Source: an uncultured archaeon
Lineage (GTDB): Archaea; Asgardarchaeota; Lokiarchaeia; Sigyniarchaeales; SOKP01
Reading direction: 5' to 3'
Assembly (NCBI GenBank): GCA_964525635.1
Contig: CAZGJX010000001.1
Span: 62,344 to 126,343 of the forward strand
DNA length: 64,000 bases
The position numbers and the translations under genes were made by a program. Each line of letters begins with the position of its first letter. Position 1 is the first letter of the stretch. Below are positions 9,896-19,203 of this stretch, piece after piece. The notes under the pieces were generated by a model, which was not told the DNA's origin, did not search any database, and worked only from the letters and a program-made list of their open reading frames with translations.

Positions 9896-10984
9896 TTAAA
9901 AACAATGCCAAAATGAGGATAAATTAGATTTGAGTGTTGGAATTAATTTTCCATTTATATAATTTAACAAGTCTTTATCCGAATTTCTTGGGCTCTCTTC
10001 AATAAGATTCTTATCATCATTATTTAATACTCTTAAACAATTATATACTGCTCTTGTTTGTTTATCTATTTCATACCCTCCTTCTAGAGTTAGTAAAATT
10101 CTATCTTTAGCATATTCATGAGCTATTTCTTTTATTTTTTTTAAATAATTCGCTGGTCCATGATAAGTCCAACCCATATTCGTAAGTCTATCTGTCCAAT
10201 GTGTATCAAACCCCGCAGATATAAGTATAAATTCTGGTTTAAATTCTTGGCAAATAGGAGCTATAATTTCATTAAAAAATATTATATTAACATCGTCACC
10301 TGCTTTTGGAGGCATTGGAAAATTTATTATTGTTCCTTCTCCTTTTTTATTTCCAATATCATTAATAAATCCAGTTCCAGGATAGAGTGTCCTCCCATCC
10401 TGATGAGAATCAAAAAAGACAATTTTTCCATTTTCAGAACCATCATAAAAAATGTCAGATGTTCCATTTCCAGCATGACAATCCCAATCAATAATTGCTA
10501 CTCTATTAATTCCTTTTTCCCGAAATAAATACTCTGCAGCTATCGCTATATTATTAAAAATACAAAATCCAGAACATTTATATGAATTTGAATGATGTCC
10601 AGGGGGTCTTACAAGAGCAAAACAATTCTTTATATCTCCAGATATAATTTTATCAATTCCTTCTAAATTTCCACCAACAGAAAATAATGATGCTTCATAG
10701 GTTTTTGCAGAAATAGAAGTATCCATATCAAGACTTTGTATATGACCTGTTGAACCCGCTATTTCACTTAATTTCTTTATTTCTTCAATTAAATGTTCTG
10801 TATGAACATATTTGATTTGATCAAGTGTCGCCTGTCTTGGTTTTATTATTCTAAATTCAGAGTGATCCCAAATATGATTTTCTTCTAAGAAATGTTTTAT
10901 AGCTATTAACCGTTCATGTGATTCGACATGAAGCCCTATACGATGTTCTAAATATATATCATCATAAACAATACCAGTTGTCAT
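9896..10984 (-). CDS. Zn-dependent histone deacetylase-family protein
   Basis: RPPGHH, GFCIFNN, IIDWDCHAGNGT, YPGTG, SAGFD, LEGGY. Confidence 0.95.
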   Translation of the reverse strand: MTTGIVYDDIYLEHRIGLHVESHERLIAIKHFLEENHIWDHSEFRIIKPRQATLDQIKYVHTEHLIEEIKKLSEIAGSTGHIQSLDMDTSISAKTYEASLFSVGGNLEGIDKIISGDIKNCFALVRPPGHHSNSYKCSGFCIFNNIAIAAEYLFREKGINRVAIIDWDCHAGNGTSDIFYDGSENGKIVFFDSHQDGRTLYPGTGFINDIGNKKGEGTIINFPMPPKAGDDVNIIFFNEIIAPICQEFKPEFILISAGFDTHWTDRLTNMGWTYHGPANYLKKIKEIAHEYAKDRILLTLEGGYEIDKQTRAVYNCLRVLNNDDKNLIEESPRNSDKDLLNYINGKLIPTLKSNLSSFWHCF

Positions 10985-11111
10985 AAAAATATTCTCTTAT
11001 ATTGATCAACTAATCCAAATTACTTTTTTATTAAGGATTTAATTATTTTTATATTTATACGTTTTTTTTATTATTTAGAATAAATATAATTATGAATTCA
11101 GTAAAAATAAT

Positions 11112-11642
11112 ATGAGTGAAAAAGAGGATTTTAAGTTAAAAATTATTGTAATTGGTCAACCAGCCGTTGGGAAGACTAGCTTAGTTAGAAAATTTGTTTC
11201 CGGGGAATTTAATAAAGATTATCGAAGTACAATTGGTACAAATATCTATATAAAAGATGTTGTTTTAGAGGATGGTCGTAAAGTTATTCTTAATATATGG
11301 GATATTGCAGGACAGGAAAGATGGATTAGAATGAGAAATAGATATTATAATGGAACGCAGGGTGCTGTTATTGTAGGAGATTTATCAAGAAAAAGAACTT
11401 TTGAAAATATTGAAAAATTTTGGTACCCTGATTTAAAAGTACATAATCTTTTAATTCCAATAATATTAATTGGAAATAAACATGATCTCGAAGCTGAAAT
11501 CTCCAATCAAGAAGTTGAAGATTTAAAGAGAAGAATAAAGGCGGAATTATTTATAACCACTTCAGCAAAAACTGGAGAAAATGTAAATGAAATCTTCCAA
11601 AAATTATCAAAAAAAATATTAGATGCTATCAATAACAAATAA
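11112..11642 (+). CDS. Rab-like small GTPase
   Basis: G1 GQPAVGKTS, G2 STIG, G3 WDIAGQE, G4 GNKHD, G5 TSAK. Confidence 0.95.
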   Translation: MSEKEDFKLKIIVIGQPAVGKTSLVRKFVSGEFNKDYRSTIGTNIYIKDVVLEDGRKVILNIWDIAGQERWIRMRNRYYNGTQGAVIVGDLSRKRTFENIEKFWYPDLKVHNLLIPIILIGNKHDLEAEISNQEVEDLKRRIKAELFITTSAKTGENVNEIFQKLSKKILDAINNK

Positions 11643-11759
11643 AATGTTTAATGATTTATTACGAGAGAAACAAATATTTATTTATTATCTTAACCAAAAT
11701 CTCATTATATCTTTATTATTTTATTATTATTAATTAAATTTTAAGTAAATGATATTAAA

Positions 11760-12467
11760 ATGGAAGTTAGAAACGAAGAGCATATAAAAGGTGGGGAAAA
11801 AATTCGAAGTTTTATTTTGGGATTTAATGATGGCCTCATTTCTACTTTCACATTATTGGTTGGAGTAGCTGCTGCCACATTAGCTTCAGGAAATAATGCA
11901 ATAATAATTCTTACAGGTGTGGCAGCAATGGTTTCTGGTGCAACCAGTATGGGTTTGGGAGAATACATTTCATCAAAAAGTGAAGCAAAATATATTAAAA
12001 ATGAATTGAGAAGAGAAAAAGCAGAAATAAAATTATTTCCAGAAGAAGAAAAACAAGAAGTAAAAGAAATTTTGCAAACATGGGGTTTTGATGGTGATTT
12101 ACTTGAGAGAGGAGTTAGGAAAATAATATCTAATGAAGATATTTGGTTAGATTTTCTAATAAAGGAGGAATTAGGGTTAGAAGAACCAGAAAATCCATTA
12201 ATTGGGGGAGGGCTTACCTTTTTTGCTTTTATATGTGGTGCAATAACAACACTTTTTCCATATTTTTTAAAATTAGGAATGGTCTCTTTAATTTTATCTT
12301 CCATAATTTCCTTTGTAATGTTATTCAGTGTTGGTGCTGCAAAAACAAAGATTACAGGAGAAAAAGCAATAAAAAGTGCTATAGAAATGGTAATAGTGGG
12401 AATTATTGCATTTTTAGTTTCTTATTTTGTTGGTTTATGGCTTGAGCAAATTATACCTGCTTTATAG
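11760..12467 (+). CDS. VIT1/CCC1 family Fe/Mn transporter
   Basis: ILGFNDGL, SGATSMGLGEYISSKSE, EELG cytosolic loop, five TM helices. Confidence 0.93.
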   Translation: MEVRNEEHIKGGEKIRSFILGFNDGLISTFTLLVGVAAATLASGNNAIIILTGVAAMVSGATSMGLGEYISSKSEAKYIKNELRREKAEIKLFPEEEKQEVKEILQTWGFDGDLLERGVRKIISNEDIWLDFLIKEELGLEEPENPLIGGGLTFFAFICGAITTLFPYFLKLGMVSLILSSIISFVMLFSVGAAKTKITGEKAIKSAIEMVIVGIIAFLVSYFVGLWLEQIIPAL

Positions 12468-12544
12468 AATTTAGAATGTGGTCAAAACCTGACAAATTGG
12501 AAAATATATAACTTTTATTATTTGTAAGAAAAGTGCGTATTCTA

Positions 12545-13114
12545 TTAGATAATCTCCTTAAAAAATGTCTGATTATGATCACATATTGGACATTTTTCTG
12601 GAAGATTGCCAAATTCAATATTTCCACAAATTTGACACACATAAATTCTTTTTGATTTAATAGATTGCCCTTTTTTTAATAATTTCAAATATAAAGAGAA
12701 AAGTTTTGCATGAATCCTTTCAGCGTCTCTTGCTAATGAAAATGATAGTTCAGCTATATAATTACCTTGACTAATCGCGTTTTTTTTGAATTTTTTATAC
12801 ATTACTTTTGTCTCATACAGTTCACCATTAATTGCATTTTGTAAGTTGGAGAGTGTATCTTTCACCTTATTTTTTAACATTTCTTGATCAGGTATCCCTA
12901 TTTCTTTAAAGTTATTTGTAGAATTAGTAATAACAGATAGAGCTTTAAAATGGTTCTTTATATGAATGCTTTCTGCAAATGATGTAGCTCTAAAAAGATG
13001 TGCGACTTCATTTAAACTCTCTTTTATAGCATTCTCAGAAAATAATTCATATTTTATTTTAGCATTATTTTCTCCATTAATTGCTTCCTTTAAATTATCT
13101 ATAACTATGGACAT
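12545..13114 (-). CDS. rbr: Rubrerythrin
   Basis: Diiron ligands GE, AESIH, GELYE, AERIH; C-terminal CQICG...CPICD. Confidence 0.9.
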   Translation of the reverse strand: MSIVIDNLKEAINGENNAKIKYELFSENAIKESLNEVAHLFRATSFAESIHIKNHFKALSVITNSTNNFKEIGIPDQEMLKNKVKDTLSNLQNAINGELYETKVMYKKFKKNAISQGNYIAELSFSLARDAERIHAKLFSLYLKLLKKGQSIKSKRIYVCQICGNIEFGNLPEKCPICDHNQTFFKEII

Positions 13115-13169
13115 TTTAATTACTTAAAGTTTAGATTTTTTATATTTGCTTAAGTTGGTAATTCAATAT

Positions 13170-15257
13170 TTAATCCTTATTATTGATTAATTTATCAGCA
13201 GTAATAAAATTTAAACTTTTATTATATAACTTTCTGGTATTATGATAATTATCTTTAAAAGTTATTTTTTCATAAAGTTTTTTATCTAATTCTTCAATAA
13301 AGCGAGAGATTTTTAAACAATTATATTTTTTGTATGTATTAGATTCTTCAGGGGTTATTAAAAATAATTCATCTTTTGCTCGAGTTAAGGCCACATAAAA
13401 AATTCTTCTCTCTTCTTCTAATTTATATTGATCAGTAATATTTCCGACTGAGGGAAATAGGTTTTCTGAAAGTGATATAATAAACACAAATTTCCATTCA
13501 AGGCCTTTAGCTCTATGTATAGTAGATAAGACAACATGATCATTTAATTCTGCATCTTTATTAGTAGAGATATTTTTAATTTCATTGGTTCTTAAATTCA
13601 AATCATCTAATAATTCTTTAATTGTTGAAAATTCTTCATAAATTTCCTTCAATGTATTTATATCTTTTAATCTTTTTTCTGAATTATTATAATTCTTTAC
13701 AAGGTAATCTTTAATAAATTTCATAGTTTGATTAAAAATCTCAATGGGAATTGATTTAGAACTGAGATTCTTGAAATACTCAACAAATTCAGATACATTT
13801 TCAATTGACTTTTTATTTAATCTTATATTGCTTAAATTTTGAGGGGTCAATTCATATGAGAAAATAGATTCTCTTAAATTTTCTTCTGATATAATTTTTT
13901 GAATAATTTTCTCTGCATTTACTTTCCCCAATCCAGGAATAATCGCAAAAATTCTTCTCCAAGCTAATTCATCATGATGATTTAGAATGATTTTAGAGAA
14001 TGCAATGATATCTTTTATATGAGATTGCTCAAAAAAAGAAATTCCTGAACGAATTATAAAAGGTATTTTATGAGATTGAAGTTGTTTCTGTAAAGTCAAT
14101 GAATGAAAATTTGAACGATATAAAATTGAAATATCTGAATATGAGAATCCTCTTTTTCTAACTTCTTCAATTTTTTCAATAATAAAATTTGCTTGCTCAA
14201 GATCATTAATAACTGTTATATGTATTGGTTTCTTTTGATTTCTTCGAGTTGACATCATTTTTTTTGAGAATTGGATTTTATTATTAAATATTGAATTATT
14301 AGCTAAATCTAGAATTTCAGATGTTGATCGATAATTATGAGTCAATTTATATTTTTTCATATTAGGAAACCATTTTCCAAAATTTAAAAGATTTCTAAAA
14401 TTAGCTCCACGGAATCCATAAATACTCTGAGCATCATCTCCTACGACCATAATATTTTTATTAATATGAGCTATTTTATAAATTATCTGAGCTTGTAAAT
14501 AATTAGTATCTTGATATTCATCAACCAAAATATACTTTATTTTTTCTGCAATATTTTGAGCTATTTCTTTTGTATTGAGTAATTTATTCCAGATAACAAG
14601 AAGATCATTAAAATCCACAAAGTTATTATATCTTTTTCTTGATTCGTATTTCTTTGATATCTCTTTTAAAATATTGATATATTCACCCTTTGCATAGTAA
14701 GGATAGTTCTCTTTTAAGATTGTTATTATCGATTTATTTCTATTAATTGCATTTGATAAAATTTTAAAACATAATTTAGGAGAGGGTACATCTTCTAAGA
14801 TTTTATTTGTATAATTTTCATCAATTAGTAATTTAATTAAAGATAGAGAATCAGATTGGTCAATTATGGAATAAGCTGGTTTTAAACCTGCTTGTTGAGT
14901 ATAAATTCTAATAAATCTATTAGCTAGAGAATGAAAAGTCCCGCCCCATAAACCCTTTAGTTCATAACCTAATAAGGCTTCAACTCTTTTTAACATTTCA
15001 TCAGTTGCTTTATTTGTAAAGGTGACTAACATTATCTCAGAAGGTTTTATTCCATCACTTATTAATTTCGCTACACTGTAAGTGATTACCCTTGTTTTTC
15101 CTGATCCTGCTCCTGCAATAACAATCATAGGACCTATGATGTTATTAACTATTACTAGTTGTTCCTTATTTAAATTAGACTCAAAGAATTCATTATTAAA
15201 AAATCTTTTAGATTTATCCCCTTTTGGCTCCTGTAGGTTTTTTAAAAACTTTTCCAT
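13170..15257 (-). CDS. uvrD: UvrD/PcrA SF1A DNA helicase
   Basis: AGAGSGKT, TFTNKA, VDEYQD, VGDDAQSIYGFRGA, NYRST, STIHRAKGLEW, EEERRIFYVALTRA. Confidence 0.95.
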   Translation of the reverse strand: MEKFLKNLQEPKGDKSKRFFNNEFFESNLNKEQLVIVNNIIGPMIVIAGAGSGKTRVITYSVAKLISDGIKPSEIMLVTFTNKATDEMLKRVEALLGYELKGLWGGTFHSLANRFIRIYTQQAGLKPAYSIIDQSDSLSLIKLLIDENYTNKILEDVPSPKLCFKILSNAINRNKSIITILKENYPYYAKGEYINILKEISKKYESRKRYNNFVDFNDLLVIWNKLLNTKEIAQNIAEKIKYILVDEYQDTNYLQAQIIYKIAHINKNIMVVGDDAQSIYGFRGANFRNLLNFGKWFPNMKKYKLTHNYRSTSEILDLANNSIFNNKIQFSKKMMSTRRNQKKPIHITVINDLEQANFIIEKIEEVRKRGFSYSDISILYRSNFHSLTLQKQLQSHKIPFIIRSGISFFEQSHIKDIIAFSKIILNHHDELAWRRIFAIIPGLGKVNAEKIIQKIISEENLRESIFSYELTPQNLSNIRLNKKSIENVSEFVEYFKNLSSKSIPIEIFNQTMKFIKDYLVKNYNNSEKRLKDINTLKEIYEEFSTIKELLDDLNLRTNEIKNISTNKDAELNDHVVLSTIHRAKGLEWKFVFIISLSENLFPSVGNITDQYKLEEERRIFYVALTRAKDELFLITPEESNTYKKYNCLKISRFIEELDKKLYEKITFKDNYHNTRKLYNKSLNFITADKLINNKD

Positions 15258-15264
15258 ATAGATC

Positions 15265-18200
15265 TTATAAATCTTTACTTGTAAATTTTATATATCCAGT
15301 TCTTGGTTCATATAATATCCCTTGAGTAATTAAATCATCAATAGCTTTTTTTATATAATCGCCTTCCAATCCTTCTTCAAGATAAAGGATTTGAGCCACT
15401 GATTTTCTTTCAAGCATCTTCCAGTCATTTTCCTCAAATACTTCCTTAAGCCTGGTTAAAAGTTTATCAAATTTATTTAATTTACTTCTTGATTCTCCAA
15501 CAAAAATCCTATCCACATCAATTTTTCCAGTAGTTTCATCATATCCTGTATCTCTTAGATATCGCTTAAATAATTTAATAATTTCTATAACATCTTCTTT
15601 AAGAACTTTTTCTCTTAAAGCCATTTTAGCATGTGCTTCACTTAATCGGACGAGTGCATCTAAATTTCTCGCTAAAATTGAAATGATTGCATCTTCACTA
15701 CTATATTCTCCTCGCAGTTCTAAATAGAAATCTTTTATATATTTTTTTGCTTCTTTTGTTAAAGTTGGTTTACAGGTTCTTTTTGCATGCTTAATATATT
15801 TTTTTAACAATTCACCTGAAATTGGAGCAAAATTTTCTTCTTTTTCACTAAAATTTTCATTATCAGAATCTATCATTGCGCTTTGGAGGATAAATTCTGC
15901 CATTTGAGCATCATCAGCTTTATTTGGCCGATCAACAACAACAAATATTAGATCAAATCTAGATAATAATGAAGGGGGTAATCTTATATTTTGTGTTGGT
16001 GTTTTATATATATCATATCTTCCAGAATGTGGATTTGCGGCGGCTATAACGGCAGTCTCGGCTTTTAATGTTGCTACTATTCCTGCCTTTGCTATACTTA
16101 TAGTCTGTTGTTCCATCGCCTCATGCAGGGCAGATCTATCAGCTGTACTCATTTTATCAAATTCATCGATGGCCGCAACACCTCCATTTGCTAAGACTAT
16201 TGCTCCTGCTTCCAAATTCATCTGACCTGTATCTGTATCTTTGATTACCGCAGCCGTCAATCCCACAGCGCTTGCGCCCTTTCCACTAGTGTATAAACCT
16301 CTAGGAGATATATCTACTGATGATTTTAATATTTCGCTATTATGAACAATTAGATTTCCATTAGCTACAATAAAGTGATGATCCTTAGTTCCAATATCAT
16401 AAACATAAGTTTTTCTTTTTATTATATCAATTTTATCTATTTCATCCCATAATATATCCGATTCTGATAAAAGTTTTAACCATTTTAGATCATTGTTATA
16501 TTCCTTATCTCTTTCATTATAAAGAAGTTCTAGCTTTTTTATTACTTTTCTTAAATATTGTCGTCCTACTCTTTGTCTTTGTGTTTTAACACGAAGTTCT
16601 GCACTAAATTTCCGTAACCATGTTCCTCTACGATTAAAATTTCCTAATTCTCTAATTATATTCTGCAATATATCTCCAAAGTTTGGAATTATATCTTTTT
16701 TTTGGTATCTCGAAGTTTGAGATGCTAATTCTATAGATTTTTCTAGTTTAATTTTTTTTTCTTTTATTAGAAATCCTATTATCTTATAATATTTAATAGT
16801 CTCTTCTCCTGTTAGAATTATCGTATGATATAAATTCCCTTTATAGATTCCAGATTTTATTTCTTTAATTCCTATTGTTGCAAAAATTCCAAAAGAACAT
16901 AACATATCTGATAGATTATAAGCTAAATCTTTGCTAGCTGTACTAGCTTCTATATATAACATATTCTTTTCAATATAACTATCTCCAGTAAAATAAGCGG
17001 ATAATAATCCCCGACGAAATGTTTCTGGTGTAAATAAGATTTTTGATGAAATTTTTTTGAATTTAGCATGATTTCCAAAAAATTTTTTAATCCATTTCAT
17101 AAAAACTTCATTATGAATTTGAATTGTATTATCATAATTATAGATAGATACTTTATTGAAAATGGACTTGATATCTTTTTGAAGTATTTTAACAACATCT
17201 GGATTTGTATTTGTAATTCTAACAGAATTTTGACTAATATCTCCTTCAGCAATATAAAAACCGATTATTCTGCCAAATTCTTCATTAAGGGTTATGTTGT
17301 GTGGGATCCAATTATTATTTCTTTTTTTTCTTATCCAATCACCACTAGGGATAACATTAGGTTCTTTTTTATATAGTAATAATGTTGATTTTCCTATATT
17401 TGAGACTATTGCTGCATTTTTAAGAGATACTATCCCTTTGTTATATAATGATAGCTGTTCTTTTATCTTAAGACTACTTTGACAATCTTTTTTATTAATA
17501 AATGGAGACATATCAGCTTTATGATAATTAACTTCACATCTTAAATTCCTTGCTACAGGTAAGTAATACCTTTTTTTATTTTTTGAGAGTCTATTTGAAT
17601 TTTTAATTTCACATAATTGATTTGCATCAATTAATTCTAATTTACCATTTATTAAAGTTGTAAAGGAGTGGTTTGGAGTAGCTATAATTTTACGCCCATT
17701 TTTTGTATTTATTTTAATAAGAATATTCGTCATATGACGACTAATTTCATTTATTTGAGATATTTGAGTTTTAAAATTATTAAAATTAATAGAATAAGTA
17801 TATTGTTTAGGTGAATTTTCTAATTTTAGAACTTCTGAATCTCCTTTTAAAATTATTTTAGAAGGATTTTGATTCATTAATTCATCAATGAAATCACTTA
17901 TCTTTGTTAGATCCCAAATTTTTCCATTATTAATTTCTGTTCCTATATAAATTTTTTCTGATCCATGAATACTCTTTCCAGTCCCGGGATCACCTACAAA
18001 TAAAACATGGATATCCCCTCTTTTATAGTTGCCTCCTATTTTTTTTTTTCTTGTTCCGGCAAATAAAGTTAATGCACATGCCATTTTTAGATCATTTCTT
18101 CCATAAATCGTTGGTGCGATTGAACGAGTAATTTTTCTTTGAATGAATGGTTCTTTTGCGAGTTTTTCAATCTCTTTTTTCTCTTCTTTAGTTATATCGA

Positions 18201-19032
18201 TTTGTTCTTCACTTTTATCTTCCGGATCTATATAATTCACATCTATAAATGTCTTGAATAAAGTAGAATTATTACTATTCATGGATGTAGCAATGACAGA
18301 TTTGAATATACCAACTATTTTTATTCTATCCCCTGGTTTAACATAATCAACTAAATCATGTGTTAATATAGCCTGAATTGCTCTTGGAATCCTTCCAGGA
18401 GGTAAATCCTCCGGCACTTCTTGAACTGTAATGCTTTGCCAGTCTATGAAATCTGATTTTTTAGAAATTAGACGAAAATCTGATTTTGCTTTTGCTTTAC
18501 ATCTTTTATTATGACAGAAGTTAGGCCATCTTATACTTGAAGTAAGTTGTAATACTTCAAAAGCGGCTCCACAAATATTACATTCAAAAATAGCTTTTAT
18601 TAATTTTGGTCTGACTACTGAACTTCTAATTGTAATACCTTTTACACACACTAATTTATCAATATTTTTTGATCTTAAACCTCTTATACTAATTGTTAAT
18701 GGACTTTTTTCGTCTTTTGTAGTTATTCTCACAGAATACTCATCATAATTTATAGTTCCTCCAGAATGGAACTTTAAAATATTTTTAAATGCCTTTATCG
18801 CATCTTCTATAAGGATTTCAGGATCATTTTTTAGCATTTCAGCTATTTGAGAATCGAAAGAAAGAAGATCTTCATATAAGATTATTAGAGTTTTTCTACC
18901 TTTAGCATCAATATTTTTTATTTGTTCTTGATATTTATATTCTCCAGGCGTCTCCTCAAAGAGCCGATAAAAATCTTCAAATCTTTGAGTTTGATTAATG
19001 GGAGAGATTGGGCTTGATAGAGGTGTTACCAT
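15265..19032 (-). CDS. mcm: MCM replicative helicase with an intein (likely start is the ATG at 19032; the ORF track starts at GTG 19041)
   Basis: Zn finger CNICG..CHNKRC, GDPGTGK, GLTAAV, IDEFDKM, LHEAMEQQTISIAKAG, SRFDL, C-terminal wHTH. Confidence 0.97.
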   Translation of the reverse strand: MVTPLSSPISPINQTQRFEDFYRLFEETPGEYKYQEQIKNIDAKGRKTLIILYEDLLSFDSQIAEMLKNDPEILIEDAIKAFKNILKFHSGGTINYDEYSVRITTKDEKSPLTISIRGLRSKNIDKLVCVKGITIRSSVVRPKLIKAIFECNICGAAFEVLQLTSSIRWPNFCHNKRCKAKAKSDFRLISKKSDFIDWQSITVQEVPEDLPPGRIPRAIQAILTHDLVDYVKPGDRIKIVGIFKSVIATSMNSNNSTLFKTFIDVNYIDPEDKSEEQIDITKEEKKEIEKLAKEPFIQRKITRSIAPTIYGRNDLKMACALTLFAGTRKKKIGGNYKRGDIHVLFVGDPGTGKSIHGSEKIYIGTEINNGKIWDLTKISDFIDELMNQNPSKIILKGDSEVLKLENSPKQYTYSINFNNFKTQISQINEISRHMTNILIKINTKNGRKIIATPNHSFTTLINGKLELIDANQLCEIKNSNRLSKNKKRYYLPVARNLRCEVNYHKADMSPFINKKDCQSSLKIKEQLSLYNKGIVSLKNAAIVSNIGKSTLLLYKKEPNVIPSGDWIRKKRNNNWIPHNITLNEEFGRIIGFYIAEGDISQNSVRITNTNPDVVKILQKDIKSIFNKVSIYNYDNTIQIHNEVFMKWIKKFFGNHAKFKKISSKILFTPETFRRGLLSAYFTGDSYIEKNMLYIEASTASKDLAYNLSDMLCSFGIFATIGIKEIKSGIYKGNLYHTIILTGEETIKYYKIIGFLIKEKKIKLEKSIELASQTSRYQKKDIIPNFGDILQNIIRELGNFNRRGTWLRKFSAELRVKTQRQRVGRQYLRKVIKKLELLYNERDKEYNNDLKWLKLLSESDILWDEIDKIDIIKRKTYVYDIGTKDHHFIVANGNLIVHNSEILKSSVDISPRGLYTSGKGASAVGLTAAVIKDTDTGQMNLEAGAIVLANGGVAAIDEFDKMSTADRSALHEAMEQQTISIAKAGIVATLKAETAVIAAANPHSGRYDIYKTPTQNIRLPPSLLSRFDLIFVVVDRPNKADDAQMAEFILQSAMIDSDNENFSEKEENFAPISGELLKKYIKHAKRTCKPTLTKEAKKYIKDFYLELRGEYSSEDAIISILARNLDALVRLSEAHAKMALREKVLKEDVIEIIKLFKRYLRDTGYDETTGKIDVDRIFVGESRSKLNKFDKLLTRLKEVFEENDWKMLERKSVAQILYLEEGLEGDYIKKAIDDLITQGILYEPRTGYIKFTSKDL
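16339..17973 (-). mobile_element. Intein (545 aa) with LAGLIDADG homing endonuclease in the MCM Walker A
   Basis: Begins SIHGSEKIYI right after GTGK; block B TPNHSF; LAGLIDADG-like IIGFYIAEGD and LLSAYFTGDS; ends VYDIG...ANGNLIVHN followed by Ser+1. Confidence 0.95.
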
Positions 19033-19203
19033 ACAAAACACTATTCTTTTTTATTATATAACGGTTAATATTTATGATTTTATTTTAATTCGATTATTAA
19101 GGGTTAAATTTTATTAAATAGATAATAAAGATTATCTAAAAAAGAATAGAGATAATTAATTTAGTAATCTAGTAAAATTAAATATTATAAGTATCTAGTA
19201 GAA

